A DNA stretch of 64,000 nucleotides from a virus (IMGVR_UViG_3300013947_000021:64001-128000), one strand, 5' to 3'; numbered from the stretch's first letter, positions 1 to 11,520 are shown. Notes: generated from the letters alone by a model not told the origin. Program-made: numbers and translations.

Positions 1-853
1 TTTGTGCTGAATTAAGCATCATAAATCCTTTTGATAAATCTTGCATATTTAATTTATTAACTATAAAAATCAAATCATTAAAATTTATAGAATCTACTTC
101 TTTAGTTATAGACTCATAATAATCTTTTTTATTAAAGTTATCTGCCATCTTTTGCACAGCATTCATATCATTTTCATTGTAATCTTTATCTAAAGCCTTT
201 AAATCATTAAGATCATGAAATTTTTCTGCAATAAATGCATGCACATCATCTTTATCTTTAATATTATTCATCTTCATATAATCATTGTATGAAAACTTTT
301 TATCATCTATTATTCTTTTATTTACTATTACATTATTTTTATCTGTAAAAACATAGTCACATGCTTTTTTGATATTATCATTAGTAATTATATCTTTATT
401 ATCTATAAATTTTCTTTTAAGATCATAATCTATCTTCTTTATATTTGCAATAAAATTAAAATAGAGCTCCTGAAGTTTTCTATAGATATTTGCAAAAAAT
501 TTCTTGAATCCTTCAATAAGAGTTTTAATCTTTTCACCAAATGATTTAACCTGTTTCTCCTCATTATCAGTAGTAGTCTTTTTATCATCTTTTTCATCAG
601 ACTTATCTGTAAAATCATTTACATCAATAATAGTATCTTCAATAAATGCTATTTTATTATCTGCAGTTTCAGCAAATTCAGACAAACCAATTTGCTTATA
701 AACTATATTCATATTATAATCTGATTCATACATAAGATCATAAAATGCTTCATCAAAATTGATATCTTCAATAGATTCATCACCAGATATTTCATCAATA
801 TCAGGAATATCGTTTATCAAATCTGTATCTTCTAAAAATTTTTCAATATACAT
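1..853 (-). CDS. Head/inner-body-like virion protein, 3' end runs off the window; paralog of 2019..3011
   Basis: Not in ORF track. ATG at 853 follows a GGAGG RBS and reads MYIEKFLEDTDLINDIPDIDE...MYESDYNMNIVYKQIGLSE, matching MYFEKFYE...VYEAEYNFNMICKSIGLSE of 2019..3011. Confidence 0.7.
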   Translation of the reverse strand, partial: MYIEKFLEDTDLINDIPDIDEISGDESIEDINFDEAFYDLMYESDYNMNIVYKQIGLSEFAETADNKIAFIEDTIIDVNDFTDKSDEKDDKKTTTDNEEKQVKSFGEKIKTLIEGFKKFFANIYRKLQELYFNFIANIKKIDYDLKRKFIDNKDIITNDNIKKACDYVFTDKNNVIVNKRIIDDKKFSYNDYMKMNNIKDKDDVHAFIAEKFHDLNDLKALDKDYNENDMNAVQKMADNFNKKDYYESITKEVDSINFNDLIFIVNKLNMQDLSKGFMMLNSAQ

Positions 854-880
854 TTTTATTTCCTCCAAATATTTAATTAT

Positions 881-892
881 TATATAATTGTT
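881..892 (-). promoter_or_regulatory. Late-type promoter AACA-N6-TA (representative copy)
   Basis: AACAATTATATA; same motif on - at 7626, 15923, 24813, 26266, 32649, 35090, 39361, 48665, 61753, 62691 and on + at 7706, 11534, 48735, 49809. Confidence 0.7.
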
Positions 893-942
893 TTTTTTTG
901 AGCAATAATCACTAGGCATAGGTTACCTAGTGATATATAATA

Positions 943-1944
943 TTATATGAAATTTATTTCATTGAAATAGACTCCATTAATCTGATTATTATAAATTTCT
1001 TTTATTCCATTCTTATCACTATTTTCATTTTTAATAGCAAAGCTTTCAGGAACAAGTAAATTTAATATTCTAATATATGTAGCTCTCTTTTCTTTTTCAA
1101 TAGAAATAATAGTTTTATATGTAGCCCATATTATATTTATTTCTTGATTAATTATATTTATATAGTGCTGGATAAGCGATAATCTAGCATTATCTTTCTT
1201 AAATATTTTACTATTTAAGAATTTATTTATCTTATCAAATTCAAGTGTAGATTTAAAATATTTACACTTATTATTTACAGTTTCATATGCCAATCTTATA
1301 CTCTTAATACTATTTCCAGATTCAAAATATTTTATAATATCTCTAAGTTTATCCTCAGGAAAATTTATATTATTTTCAAATTCTATCATAGCATTGGATT
1401 TCAGAGCATAAGATATGAGTTTCTTATATTCATCCATATTAGAAATATTATTAATTCCAGTAATATCTTTAAATAAAGATTCATCGTCTAAATATTTACT
1501 AGTAAACTCAGTAATATTATCATCAGTAACATTCTTAATATTTGATTTAATATTACTATTCATTTTATCTATATTTTTATTTAAATCATTAAATATATTA
1601 TGATATATAGTATCTTCAAGATTAGTATATGAATAAGCTCTAAATCTAATTTTTTTAGTTTTAAAATTAGTAAAATAAATATTTTTATATTTCTTAATTA
1701 CTTCACGATACTTCTTATCGTTTCCAAGCATAATATCTTTATTATAATTCATATATTCAATAATTTTATCAATAAGAGTCATAAGCTTTTGTATTGCTAA
1801 AATTATTTTATTATCAGAATTATTATTGGATTTATTAAAGAATTTAAACTCATTAATATACTTTAATGTATCTACCAAATCATTATCTATATGAGTTTCA
1901 TTATATACAAAATTTTCATTAACTACCATAACTATTTTCATCAC
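943..1944 (-). CDS. Hypothetical protein, possibly virion
   Basis: 333-aa ORF co-oriented with neighbours and bounded by hairpins. Confidence 0.6.
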   Translation of the reverse strand: MMKIVMVVNENFVYNETHIDNDLVDTLKYINEFKFFNKSNNNSDNKIILAIQKLMTLIDKIIEYMNYNKDIMLGNDKKYREVIKKYKNIYFTNFKTKKIRFRAYSYTNLEDTIYHNIFNDLNKNIDKMNSNIKSNIKNVTDDNITEFTSKYLDDESLFKDITGINNISNMDEYKKLISYALKSNAMIEFENNINFPEDKLRDIIKYFESGNSIKSIRLAYETVNNKCKYFKSTLEFDKINKFLNSKIFKKDNARLSLIQHYINIINQEINIIWATYKTIISIEKEKRATYIRILNLLVPESFAIKNENSDKNGIKEIYNNQINGVYFNEINFI

Positions 1945-2018
1945 CTTTATTTAGTTATTTTATATATAAGTTGAAAAGAAATGGCGATGGGAAATTTCCC
2001 ATCGCCATTAATTTAAAA

Positions 2019-3011
2019 TTACATGAACTTGATATCAAATGCAGATTCTGTCTTAGGAGTCTCCTCAGCAGTCTGTTTCTTAGACTCCTTAGTATCCTTT
2101 TTATCCTTAGTTGCAGCAATCATAGCCTTATGATATATAGCTTCAGTATATTTTATAAGAGAGATAACATAATTAAATTTTCTAATTACAAGCATTTCAT
2201 TTTCTTTTGTAGATTTAATATCATTCTCTAACTCTTCCTTAGAAAATGGTGTATCCTTATTTATCATTCCCTTATACTTCTTGATATTTTCATCAAGTCT
2301 CTTCATTACAGGCTTATACATAGACTGAAGACTGTTTAACATATTATCTCTATCAAGCATAGCCTTCAGGCTTGCTGCATCAAGTTTATCTGTCTCAATT
2401 GTAATTGTCTTAATAAAATCGTCATAGCTTGTATCTTTAGCATTAGAAGAGATATTATCATATGCATAGCTCCACTGCTTAAAATCAAAGAGCTTTACTT
2501 TTTCTTTAAGTGTATTATTAGAAATATAAGTGTCAATTTCATTCTTATATTTCTTATATGTTTCCTTAGCATCACTGGTAGCAAAAATATCTTTAGCATT
2601 TTTATTAAAGATATTTGCACGTGCTTTATTATAAAAAGCTACTATCTTATCCTTCAGGCTAATGAGCCAGCGAACAAAAGCCTTTACAATCTCAACAACC
2701 TTATTCTTAGCCTTGCCCATTGCATCAGTGAACTTATTCTCATTAAGGCTACCTCTAGCAGCCTCATTGAGCTCGCTAAGTCCAATAGACTTGCAGATCA
2801 TGTTGAAATTATACTCAGCTTCATAGACAATCTCAGTAGACTCTTCAAAAGGATCGCAATCCTCTCCCGGAAGACCACAAAGAGCATCGTCTACCTCTTC
2901 ATCATGGGAATCTTCAACTGCATCCTCAATTTCTTCAAGATCATTTCCAACATTATCAGGATCCTGAATACCAGTAATTGCAGCTCCCTCATAGAACTTC
3001 TCAAAATACAT
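2019..3011 (-). CDS. Head/inner-body-like virion protein with acidic N-terminal propeptide
   Basis: AGGAGG RBS; acidic N-terminus with several xxE sites, then an amphipathic helix, as in protease-processed head proteins of phiKZ-related phages. Confidence 0.6.
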   Translation of the reverse strand: MYFEKFYEGAAITGIQDPDNVGNDLEEIEDAVEDSHDEEVDDALCGLPGEDCDPFEESTEIVYEAEYNFNMICKSIGLSELNEAARGSLNENKFTDAMGKAKNKVVEIVKAFVRWLISLKDKIVAFYNKARANIFNKNAKDIFATSDAKETYKKYKNEIDTYISNNTLKEKVKLFDFKQWSYAYDNISSNAKDTSYDDFIKTITIETDKLDAASLKAMLDRDNMLNSLQSMYKPVMKRLDENIKKYKGMINKDTPFSKEELENDIKSTKENEMLVIRKFNYVISLIKYTEAIYHKAMIAATKDKKDTKESKKQTAEETPKTESAFDIKFM

Positions 3012-3028
3012 ATTATTTTACCTCCTTA

Positions 3029-4180
3029 TTAAAGTGCGGCAGCTTCAACAAAGCTTCTGATAGCAGAAGTATTGAGATCAGCAGCCGGAGTAGCAAATGC
3101 TTCATTAATCTCATAGATACCATTTGCGATATCCATACGAGCTTCCTGAGCAACAGTCTCCTGAGTCTCAGGATTCGAGGTAGGAGTCTTGCAAGCGGCA
3201 AGAATCTTAGCAAGGCCAGCTCTTGCATACTTAAGGCTCTTCTTCGTAATCGAGATTCTAACAGCCGAATACTTAGCAACAACTACCTGATATGCAGCAG
3301 TAAGAACTACAAGATTCGAGATAACATCCGGAGCCTCTTCTGCAGTCGGAGCATCAGCCTCGGTCTCATCGACAGCAGCCTCTGCAACTGCACCCTTCTT
3401 ATTAGCAGCCTTAAGCTCAGTGAATGCACCAAGAAGTGCCTTCTTAGTATCAGCTTCAGCAGCCTTAAGCGACTTAATAAGAGCACTACCACCCTTAATA
3501 GTAGCAAGAAGCGACTTAGCCATCGAATCAACATTGCTATCATTGATTTCGACAGTCTCGAATGCATTCTCCATGCAAAGCTCAGTAAACTGCTTAGGAG
3601 TTACAGGCTCAGTAGCATACTTCGGAATGCATCCCTGAAGACCAGTCTGAATAAGAGCAGTCTTGCCAAGACCAGTCTCGTTCATTCTAGAAGAAAGTGC
3701 CTTAGAGAAATCGTTCTTAAAAGACGGAAGCTTGAAAGATCCCATAAACTGCTTAGAAATAACCTTCACATCCTGAATAACCTTTCCATCAAAGTTAGCT
3801 CTATTCTGAGCAAACTTCTTCTCAAAGATATTAGCATAAGCCTTACCATCTCTCATAACGTATGCAGCAACTGCATTACTAGCATTCTTAAGAACACCAG
3901 AAATCTTCATGCCAGTCTTCGAGAGGCTAATCTTAAGAGAATCAATAAGATGCTTCTTAGAAGCCTCATTGAGAGCAGCAAGCTCCGACTCAAGAATAGT
4001 ACCCTCGCGAATACCCCTAATCTCCATGAAGTCATTCTTAAGAACAGCCTCAAAGATCATCTGATCATTGCATTCAGACTCATACATAATACGAGCCATA
4101 TCATTCGGTCCATACGACATATCTGCTTCGAGAGCAAGAAATTCTGCAGAACCAGTTCTATTTCCAGAATAAATAGGCAT
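3029..4180 (-). CDS. Abundant head-like virion protein of the same family
   Basis: AGGAGG RBS; MYESECNDQMIFEAV...LNEA motif; strongly biased codon usage. Confidence 0.6.
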   Translation of the reverse strand: MPIYSGNRTGSAEFLALEADMSYGPNDMARIMYESECNDQMIFEAVLKNDFMEIRGIREGTILESELAALNEASKKHLIDSLKISLSKTGMKISGVLKNASNAVAAYVMRDGKAYANIFEKKFAQNRANFDGKVIQDVKVISKQFMGSFKLPSFKNDFSKALSSRMNETGLGKTALIQTGLQGCIPKYATEPVTPKQFTELCMENAFETVEINDSNVDSMAKSLLATIKGGSALIKSLKAAEADTKKALLGAFTELKAANKKGAVAEAAVDETEADAPTAEEAPDVISNLVVLTAAYQVVVAKYSAVRISITKKSLKYARAGLAKILAACKTPTSNPETQETVAQEARMDIANGIYEINEAFATPAADLNTSAIRSFVEAAAL

Positions 4181-4278
4181 AATTATATCCTCCTTATTAA
4201 ATTATATCATAATATGTTTAATTGATATCATATTCTATATGATTTATTATATTGTTTGTGACTAATAGATTTTATTTA

Positions 4279-6180
4279 TTAAAATAAAGCCGAATTAGTT
4301 GCAGTATCGGGGTTAGCAAGCTCAGGAGAATTATCTACAGTATTCTTGGTTTTAGCATCTTCAGCTATTTCTTTATTAGTATCAACTTCAGCTTTCTTAA
4401 ATTTAATACTAAAGAAATTAGCAATCTTTCTAAGAGCTCCAACCTTTTTAGTCTGTTTTTCAACAATTCTATTCTTCTTTTCCTGATCCATCTCAGTATT
4501 ATTAGCAACTCTATATGCATTCATTTCAAGAAGATCTGCCTGAGTATTGAAATAATCAGATGCACGAACTCTAAGATGATAGAATACAAATACAATTTCC
4601 TTAAGAAGATTAGGAATAAGAAGGAGAAGACCAACACTACCAGCAGCAATACCAAGTCCAATTGCAATCTTACCACCAAGTCCAATTCCAGCAATTGCAG
4701 CAGCTTCATGCTTGGTTCTGACATCAATAACACTATTTATGCTCTTATCAAGATCACCATTCTTGCAAGCTTTATTAAACTTCTTAAGATTGCTAAAGAA
4801 TATATAATTCTTATTCTTAGTATAAGCCATTTTATCAAGAACAAAATCAAAAGATTCCTTATTAGGAGTTTTAATAAATTCAATAGAGGTAGAAATAAGA
4901 AGAGAAACAGAAGCAACTATTGCAAGTACATAGTTATTGTACATAAGAATTGCAACTTCAGAATCAGTTCTAAATCCTCTTTCAAAGAGATCTTTTCTAG
5001 CACTAATATTAGCAATTGCTTCAGTAAGAATATCAATAGGAGCAGTATCCTGCTTCATAGCAACCACAAGTTCTCTAATAATATCAATACATTCAATAAG
5101 TCCTTTATAATTAGAGAGCTTAGTAATATCTCCCTTAGTATTAGGAATCTCACCATAATCAATATCATCAGTCTTAGCTACTATCTTATCATAGAGCTTC
5201 GAAGTAATGCTAGTAAGAATAGCATTCTGTTCTGCTTCAGTAAGAGAAAGAATCTTTCTTCTAGTAGCTCTATTAGTAATATCATAATACTCAGTAAAGA
5301 ACTGCATTACTTCAGGATTACCTCTAAATTCTGCAATATCTTCATCCTTAGTATCATCACAATCGGTAAGATGATCATCAAAACAATAAAGATTTTCAGG
5401 AGTCATTCTTTCCTTTTCAATGCATTCATCAGTATCTTTACAGTTAAAATCATCTTCATCATTAGAAGAGAGATTAACTGCAGATTCAGATAATCCAAAT
5501 TTATCTATAGTATATTCATTATTCTTTAAGAAATTATAAGTACATTCAAAAACAACATTTGGTGACCCAGGAGTACCTATATTTACCATAGATCCACCAA
5601 AAAGTAATACATTGCCGCCATATACTTTATATACTAATTCTGCAAATTTTGCTTTTGGTATTAACTTATTACTTGTAGATTTAAATCCATCGGCTTTCAA
5701 AATCTTAGAAATTATCATATATGCTTCTTTTGCATCATCCACATCAGAATCAGTTACATCTGGAATAATAAATGCATTTTTAGGAAATGTACCTTTATTA
5801 GTTGATTCAATTATATTATTGATATAATTAGAAATTCTATAATAAATATTAGATTTATCATCAGACTTATCATTTTTGCAAATTACATTATCAATTTTCT
5901 TAAAAAGACTAATCATTTCAGATCTAAATGAAGCATTTTGGCAATCTGCTTTAGATGCATGATCAAGAATATTAAATAATTTCTTAAATCCATATTTTTC
6001 TGTCAGTATTGTAGATTCAACAAGATCAACCTCATCTGAATTTATTTCAGGAGCATTATTCTCTTCATCATTACTATCAATAAGAATATTTTCATCTCTC
6101 TCATCAGTAGTAATATCATTCATTGAATCTATATCTTCAGTAGCAGATTCAAGAATATTTTTTCTCATATTAAAAATCAT
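4279..6180 (-). CDS. Putative virion structural protein
   Basis: 633-aa ORF, AGGAGG RBS, acidic N-terminus, hydrophobic Gly/Ala segment near the C-terminus. Confidence 0.55.
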   Translation of the reverse strand: MIFNMRKNILESATEDIDSMNDITTDERDENILIDSNDEENNAPEINSDEVDLVESTILTEKYGFKKLFNILDHASKADCQNASFRSEMISLFKKIDNVICKNDKSDDKSNIYYRISNYINNIIESTNKGTFPKNAFIIPDVTDSDVDDAKEAYMIISKILKADGFKSTSNKLIPKAKFAELVYKVYGGNVLLFGGSMVNIGTPGSPNVVFECTYNFLKNNEYTIDKFGLSESAVNLSSNDEDDFNCKDTDECIEKERMTPENLYCFDDHLTDCDDTKDEDIAEFRGNPEVMQFFTEYYDITNRATRRKILSLTEAEQNAILTSITSKLYDKIVAKTDDIDYGEIPNTKGDITKLSNYKGLIECIDIIRELVVAMKQDTAPIDILTEAIANISARKDLFERGFRTDSEVAILMYNNYVLAIVASVSLLISTSIEFIKTPNKESFDFVLDKMAYTKNKNYIFFSNLKKFNKACKNGDLDKSINSVIDVRTKHEAAAIAGIGLGGKIAIGLGIAAGSVGLLLLIPNLLKEIVFVFYHLRVRASDYFNTQADLLEMNAYRVANNTEMDQEKKNRIVEKQTKKVGALRKIANFFSIKFKKAEVDTNKEIAEDAKTKNTVDNSPELANPDTATNSALF

Positions 6181-6196
6181 AGTTCAATTAACCTCC

Positions 6197-7594
6197 TTAT
6201 TTAGCTACCTTAGTCATAAGGTTAATTACTTTTTTATAAGTACTGTCAGAAGACTCTCTTTCAAGATGATTGAAAGAAATAACTTCCCAAGAAGGTTCAT
6301 CTTCATCAAAGATGAACTTTGCAACTTCCAGATTCTCATCAACTATGCATACACTGATAAGATTATATGCATTAAAGAGATTAGTAACCACAGAAGTTCT
6401 CTCAAGATCAATATTATAATACTTCTTCATATACTCAACTTCATCCTGAGATATAAGAAGAGAAGTAATTGCTGCAACAGAACCTGCAGCACCAGATCTC
6501 ATAAACTTATGAGATTTAGAAAGAGCTGCTCTTCTTTCAAGAACCTTCCACATCTTATCAGAAGTCTTATTCTTATCAGAGAAAGAAAGAGCATCAATCT
6601 TGGCTTTATCAATTCCAAGAAGGAAATCCTTAACAAACGAAATTTCTCTTGTAGTAGCTCTAATAAGATTAACGAACCAGTTAGTCTCAGAATTCTTATC
6701 TACAAGATGCTTAATAATATCATCAGATGCAATAGGATACAGCTTAGCCTTCACTGCAGCAAGTGCACTAGTATAAGGAACTGTACCATTGATATTGCCA
6801 TTATCATCTCTAGTAGCAATAGAGAAATTGACTACCATAGTTGTAGGCATAAGTTCATTAGCCTTTTTATATTCACTATTAAGAACAGTATCAGATACTG
6901 TAGCCATAGAATCTTTTCTTATCAGATTACTGCCTTTTGCAGTTGGTATATCAGATCCATCGGTATTCTTAAATATACCGCCTTCTTTATTATCATTAGT
7001 ACTATTCTTATCAACTGCAGCAGCTTCAGTAATAGCATCTATTCTTACATTATAATCTGTAAGTGCAGTTTCATTAATATCACTAGGAAGATAATAATTA
7101 ATATTTCTCATATCATTCTTAATAAGATTAGCTTCATTAAGAGTAAGTCTCTCAGTATCATTATCAAGTGTAGAATTAAGCATAGCAAATATATCATCAA
7201 GGTTTGCACTCTTAGAAGATATATTACCATGAAGAGCAGCAAGATAATCTTTAAAGTTTCCTACATCATTTCCATCAACAATCTGCCAGCTAGCAAATAA
7301 TCTCTGAAGCATTGAAACAAAATTCTTTTCAAGTGCTTTACAGACAAGAGAAGCATTAGCAACAGATACAGATTTAGAAGCAATTACAGGAAAAACAAGA
7401 GTAAGATTTGAAGAAGCTTTTGCTATGGAAGAACTATTAGCCATAGGTGATGCAAGCTTCTTACCATTAGACTTATATCGATCAATGATATTCTTGTTTT
7501 TTACATCACTAGCAAAATCTTTTGTTGCGTTCCAGATATTAAATATATCTGAAAGCATTGTTTCATGAATAAATTTAGGATCATTATTATTCAT
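6197..7594 (-). CDS. Putative virion structural protein
   Basis: 465-aa ORF with GGAGG RBS and upstream AACA-N6-TA motif. Confidence 0.55.
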   Translation of the reverse strand: MNNNDPKFIHETMLSDIFNIWNATKDFASDVKNKNIIDRYKSNGKKLASPMANSSSIAKASSNLTLVFPVIASKSVSVANASLVCKALEKNFVSMLQRLFASWQIVDGNDVGNFKDYLAALHGNISSKSANLDDIFAMLNSTLDNDTERLTLNEANLIKNDMRNINYYLPSDINETALTDYNVRIDAITEAAAVDKNSTNDNKEGGIFKNTDGSDIPTAKGSNLIRKDSMATVSDTVLNSEYKKANELMPTTMVVNFSIATRDDNGNINGTVPYTSALAAVKAKLYPIASDDIIKHLVDKNSETNWFVNLIRATTREISFVKDFLLGIDKAKIDALSFSDKNKTSDKMWKVLERRAALSKSHKFMRSGAAGSVAAITSLLISQDEVEYMKKYYNIDLERTSVVTNLFNAYNLISVCIVDENLEVAKFIFDEDEPSWEVISFNHLERESSDSTYKKVINLMTKVAK

Positions 7595-7748
7595 ATCACA
7601 AAATAACCTCCATTCGAAAATTTTTTATATCTATGTTCACGTAAATGAAAAGAATAGGAATTATTCTTATTATTATAATGTAATTTGGATAGAATTAACC
7701 CTCGCAACATTAAGTTAATAAAAGAGTATATAAAAGGGAGGTAATAAT

Positions 7749-8861
7749 ATGCCAACCGGTAGAACACATAGTGGTGGCGGTGGAAATTTTGGTAATAATA
7801 TTACCAAATCTAGTAAATCAATCAGATCAGATATATTTAATCAAAAATCTAGTCTTGCTGAAAATTTTAATCAAACAAATGGAAATACTGGAATAGCTAG
7901 TGCATTATATGCAAATGGAATATATGATAGACTCAGAATGGGTTTATTTGATAAATTTACTCGTATTCCTGCATTAGATCCATATAATGCTGTATTAGGA
8001 ACCAAAGAATATATATTTATAACTAAGCCAGATCTTTGTTTACTTAGTGGAACAAGTCTTAATCCTGCTATAGGATATAATGTTTTTCTTAGTGAAGCCA
8101 CTAAGAATTATTTACCTGTAATGAGACAACTTCAAAGTTCATCTCAACCTTATTCTACACCTTTTATGACTATACTTTCTAATTCTCTTACATCATCTAT
8201 GGATCTCTCTTCTATAAGTGCAGATTCTGTAGAAACACCATCTAATATTATGGGAACTAAAATATCTTATAGAGGAAGTTCTTATAAGTCAGATGATGAC
8301 CATGATTTTAGCTTGGAATTTGAAGATAATAAATATCTTGATATCTATATGCTCTTTAAAATTTATGATGAGTATGAAAGACTTAAATGGAATGGTAGTA
8401 TTGATTTATCAAGTCAAGAGCATTGGTTAAATTACATCACTAATAGAGTACTTCATGATCAAATGAGTATATATAAATTTATTGTAGATGCTACTGGAAC
8501 TAGAATTATATATTGGGCTAGAATAACTGGTTGTTATCCTATTTCTGTTCCACGTGATAATTTCTCAGATGCTCCTAAAGATGGATTAAAATACACTATT
8601 CAATGGAAAGGTAATTTCATTAGAGATATGGATCCTATTATATTAGAGCATTTTAATTTCCTTGTATTTAATAATAGAAATTCTTTATATAATAAGAAAG
8701 ATCTTCCTTTGTATGATTCAACTAACAGTCATTTTGAAGGACATTGGGCTAGTACTCCATATATAAAAAGAGTTACTAATGCTAATAATGGATATCATAG
8801 ATCTTTTAATAGTGATTATAATACTACTAGAACTGAATATCATCTTATGTGGAAAGAATAA
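7749..8861 (+). CDS. Putative tail tube/baseplate-like protein
   Basis: 370 aa; FSLEFED...YWARITGCYPISVP pattern recalls tube-fold proteins; lies just before the baseplate wedge gene. Confidence 0.45.
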   Translation: MPTGRTHSGGGGNFGNNITKSSKSIRSDIFNQKSSLAENFNQTNGNTGIASALYANGIYDRLRMGLFDKFTRIPALDPYNAVLGTKEYIFITKPDLCLLSGTSLNPAIGYNVFLSEATKNYLPVMRQLQSSSQPYSTPFMTILSNSLTSSMDLSSISADSVETPSNIMGTKISYRGSSYKSDDDHDFSLEFEDNKYLDIYMLFKIYDEYERLKWNGSIDLSSQEHWLNYITNRVLHDQMSIYKFIVDATGTRIIYWARITGCYPISVPRDNFSDAPKDGLKYTIQWKGNFIRDMDPIILEHFNFLVFNNRNSLYNKKDLPLYDSTNSHFEGHWASTPYIKRVTNANNGYHRSFNSDYNTTRTEYHLMWKE

Positions 8862-8877
8862 GGAGGTTATGATATAA

Positions 8878-11520
8878 ATGGCACAGAATATTGATAAGTC
8901 AACAGATCTTACCTCTGATGTATATGGAATAAATTCCTATATAAATGAAATAAAAAAGAAATTTACTCCAGATGTATCAGATGATACACTTATGCTTGGA
9001 ATATATGGATATATGGGAGAAATGTTTTCTAATACCATACAGAATAGTATAGTTATGGCATCAGAATTCTCCAATGAATCTATTCCATATAAAGCAAAGT
9101 TTGAGAAGAATATAATTGCTCATGCATTAGGCCTTGGTATCACAGATATTAATGCAGTACCTGCACAGTTTGATGTAATACTTGCTTTTGTAGAAGATGA
9201 TATTATAGATTGGGCAAATGCCAGAACCGCTGATGGAAAAGATCTTCCTTGGGAATTTGTATTTGATAAGGATACCAATATTTATATTGGTGATTATTGT
9301 TTCCATACAGACTATGATATTAGTATTAAGAAAGTAAAACTTGAAGACTCAGGCAAGCTTAATAAGTTTGCATATACAGCAAAATATCTTATTGATGTAG
9401 ATAATCCTGTATCAAATATAACTAATCCTTATCTTACATCCCCAGTTATTCTTAGAGTAAATAATACAAATCTTCTTTATGTACACTGTACTCTTAGACA
9501 GGTAGAAAAGACTACTATATATAAAAAGATTCTTGCTGATAATAGTATTAACTCTAAAACTATTACATTTGATTTTGAAGGACAGCTTGCTGCTTTTACT
9601 ATAGATGTAACTGAGGGAAATACTACTACTCATTTAGTTCCTGTATATGAAGGATTATATAGTGAAACAAAGAAGTATCCTCATTTCTATTATACTTATC
9701 TTGCTTCTAATACTATTAGAATTAAATTTGATAGGTCATCATATCAGCCTAGAATAAACTCTGATGTAAGAATTAATATTCAGACTACATCTGGCGAATC
9801 TGGAAACTTCACATATAATCCTGATGTATACCCCGGATTTGCATTTGAATCTGAGAAATATGGATATTCTAATATAGCATGTGAAGTTATGCCAGTAAAT
9901 GGTGAGTCTTTATATGGTACAGATAAGAAGTCTATTAAAGATCTTAAGAAACTTATTCCTAAAGAATCATTATCTAGAGGAAGTATTACCAACCTTGCAG
10001 ATCTTCAGAATTTCTTTAATATGATTAATACTGATAATTCTATCTTATATTTCTATAAGAAGAGAGATAATGCATTAGAAAGATTATACTATTCATTTAT
10101 TCTTATGAGAGATGAATATAATGTAATCGTACCTACGAATACAATAGATCTTATAGTATATGCTGATGAATTACAGACTGAAGAAGGATCTGGTAAATTG
10201 GTATTTACTAAAGGACAAATGGTAAAACTCGATGATGATGGAATAGGAAGAATTTATAATGGATCTGGAGATGATTATACTGATTCATTTAAGTATGTAA
10301 TTCCTTATAGCTTTATTATAAATATAGATCCTTTGTATGGAATGTTTTATTTATCTACTATAGATACTAAGAAGACTCTTGATTTTACTTATATAAATGA
10401 AAATTGTTTCTATCAGTATATTGCTACTAGTATATCTTGGAATAGAGGATATTTGAATAATCCTAATAATTATTATCTTACAGTAAATGCTGAACAGAAT
10501 ATAGCTACTGAAGATGGAAAGCAAATGATTAAGATTGATCCTGATACTGGAGATATTCTTGAATGCAATGTACGTTGTATAGCAGTATTCTATGATAAAG
10601 AAGATAATCCTCTTAGATGGGCAGAAGGATCTGTTATAAAGTATGATCCAAATGGTAATATTTATTCATTTAGATTTACATTTACAACTAAAGATTATAT
10701 AGATACAGATAATAGAATTAGAATAGATACTGGAGTATATGATCTTGGAACTAATAATGAATCATATGCTCACTTTAATGCTAATACTAAGTGCATAATT
10801 CATTTCCTTTCCAAACAGGGAGAAGAATATGGATTAAATAAGATAAATGAAATTATTCCAGATACTGCAGGCTATACATTATCTAACAGCTATACGGTTC
10901 TCGAAGGAATAGATTTCTTCTATGATTATTCTAATATCATAAATTCTACTATAGTTTATGATAATGATGATAAAGAATATTTTAGAATTAAGGATGTACC
11001 TGTAGTTAAGTATGACTATTTTGAGAATGAAGATAAGGCTATATACTTCTGTAATGAATTATCTAGAAGAAAAATTTATATAGATTATGCTATTGAAGTT
11101 CTTGAAGATGCATTTGGCATGGACTTTAAATTCTTTAATACTTATGGACCTTCTAGATTGTTTACAACTGATAATGAAGGTACTTATGTAAATAGAACTT
11201 GCCTGTCTCTTACATTCAGACTTAAACTTAAGCCTAATTATGATACAAATATCATAAATGATATGATAAATGATGTAAAGGATTATATAGAGAATATTAA
11301 TGAAATAGATTCACTCCATATTCCTAATCTTATTACAGAGATTACCAATAAATATAGAGAGTCTATAGTATTCTTTGAATTTATCGATATGAATGGATAT
11401 GGTCCATCAGTGCAGCATATTTATAGTATGGATATGCCGGAGAATGTAATTACTCCTGAATTCTTAAATGTAGCTGCATTACCTGATGGAACTCCTGATA
11501 TTAATATAATTCTCGCATAA
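8878..11520 (+). CDS. Putative baseplate wedge protein (T4 gp6-like)
   Basis: 880 aa; N-terminal IIAHALGLG..AVPA and central TTSGESGNF...GTDKKSIKDLK motifs typical of wedge proteins. Confidence 0.55.
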   Translation: MAQNIDKSTDLTSDVYGINSYINEIKKKFTPDVSDDTLMLGIYGYMGEMFSNTIQNSIVMASEFSNESIPYKAKFEKNIIAHALGLGITDINAVPAQFDVILAFVEDDIIDWANARTADGKDLPWEFVFDKDTNIYIGDYCFHTDYDISIKKVKLEDSGKLNKFAYTAKYLIDVDNPVSNITNPYLTSPVILRVNNTNLLYVHCTLRQVEKTTIYKKILADNSINSKTITFDFEGQLAAFTIDVTEGNTTTHLVPVYEGLYSETKKYPHFYYTYLASNTIRIKFDRSSYQPRINSDVRINIQTTSGESGNFTYNPDVYPGFAFESEKYGYSNIACEVMPVNGESLYGTDKKSIKDLKKLIPKESLSRGSITNLADLQNFFNMINTDNSILYFYKKRDNALERLYYSFILMRDEYNVIVPTNTIDLIVYADELQTEEGSGKLVFTKGQMVKLDDDGIGRIYNGSGDDYTDSFKYVIPYSFIINIDPLYGMFYLSTIDTKKTLDFTYINENCFYQYIATSISWNRGYLNNPNNYYLTVNAEQNIATEDGKQMIKIDPDTGDILECNVRCIAVFYDKEDNPLRWAEGSVIKYDPNGNIYSFRFTFTTKDYIDTDNRIRIDTGVYDLGTNNESYAHFNANTKCIIHFLSKQGEEYGLNKINEIIPDTAGYTLSNSYTVLEGIDFFYDYSNIINSTIVYDNDDKEYFRIKDVPVVKYDYFENEDKAIYFCNELSRRKIYIDYAIEVLEDAFGMDFKFFNTYGPSRLFTTDNEGTYVNRTCLSLTFRLKLKPNYDTNIINDMINDVKDYIENINEIDSLHIPNLITEITNKYRESIVFFEFIDMNGYGPSVQHIYSMDMPENVITPEFLNVAALPDGTPDINIILA

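Noticed and set aside
2978-7300. Long antisense ORFs (2978..4225, 4576..5493, 6266..7300; also 11591..12442, 46897..47949, 61830..62648)
   Set aside because: Shadow frames produced by biased codon usage of the real genes; no convincing RBS and Ser/Ile/Leu-skewed translations
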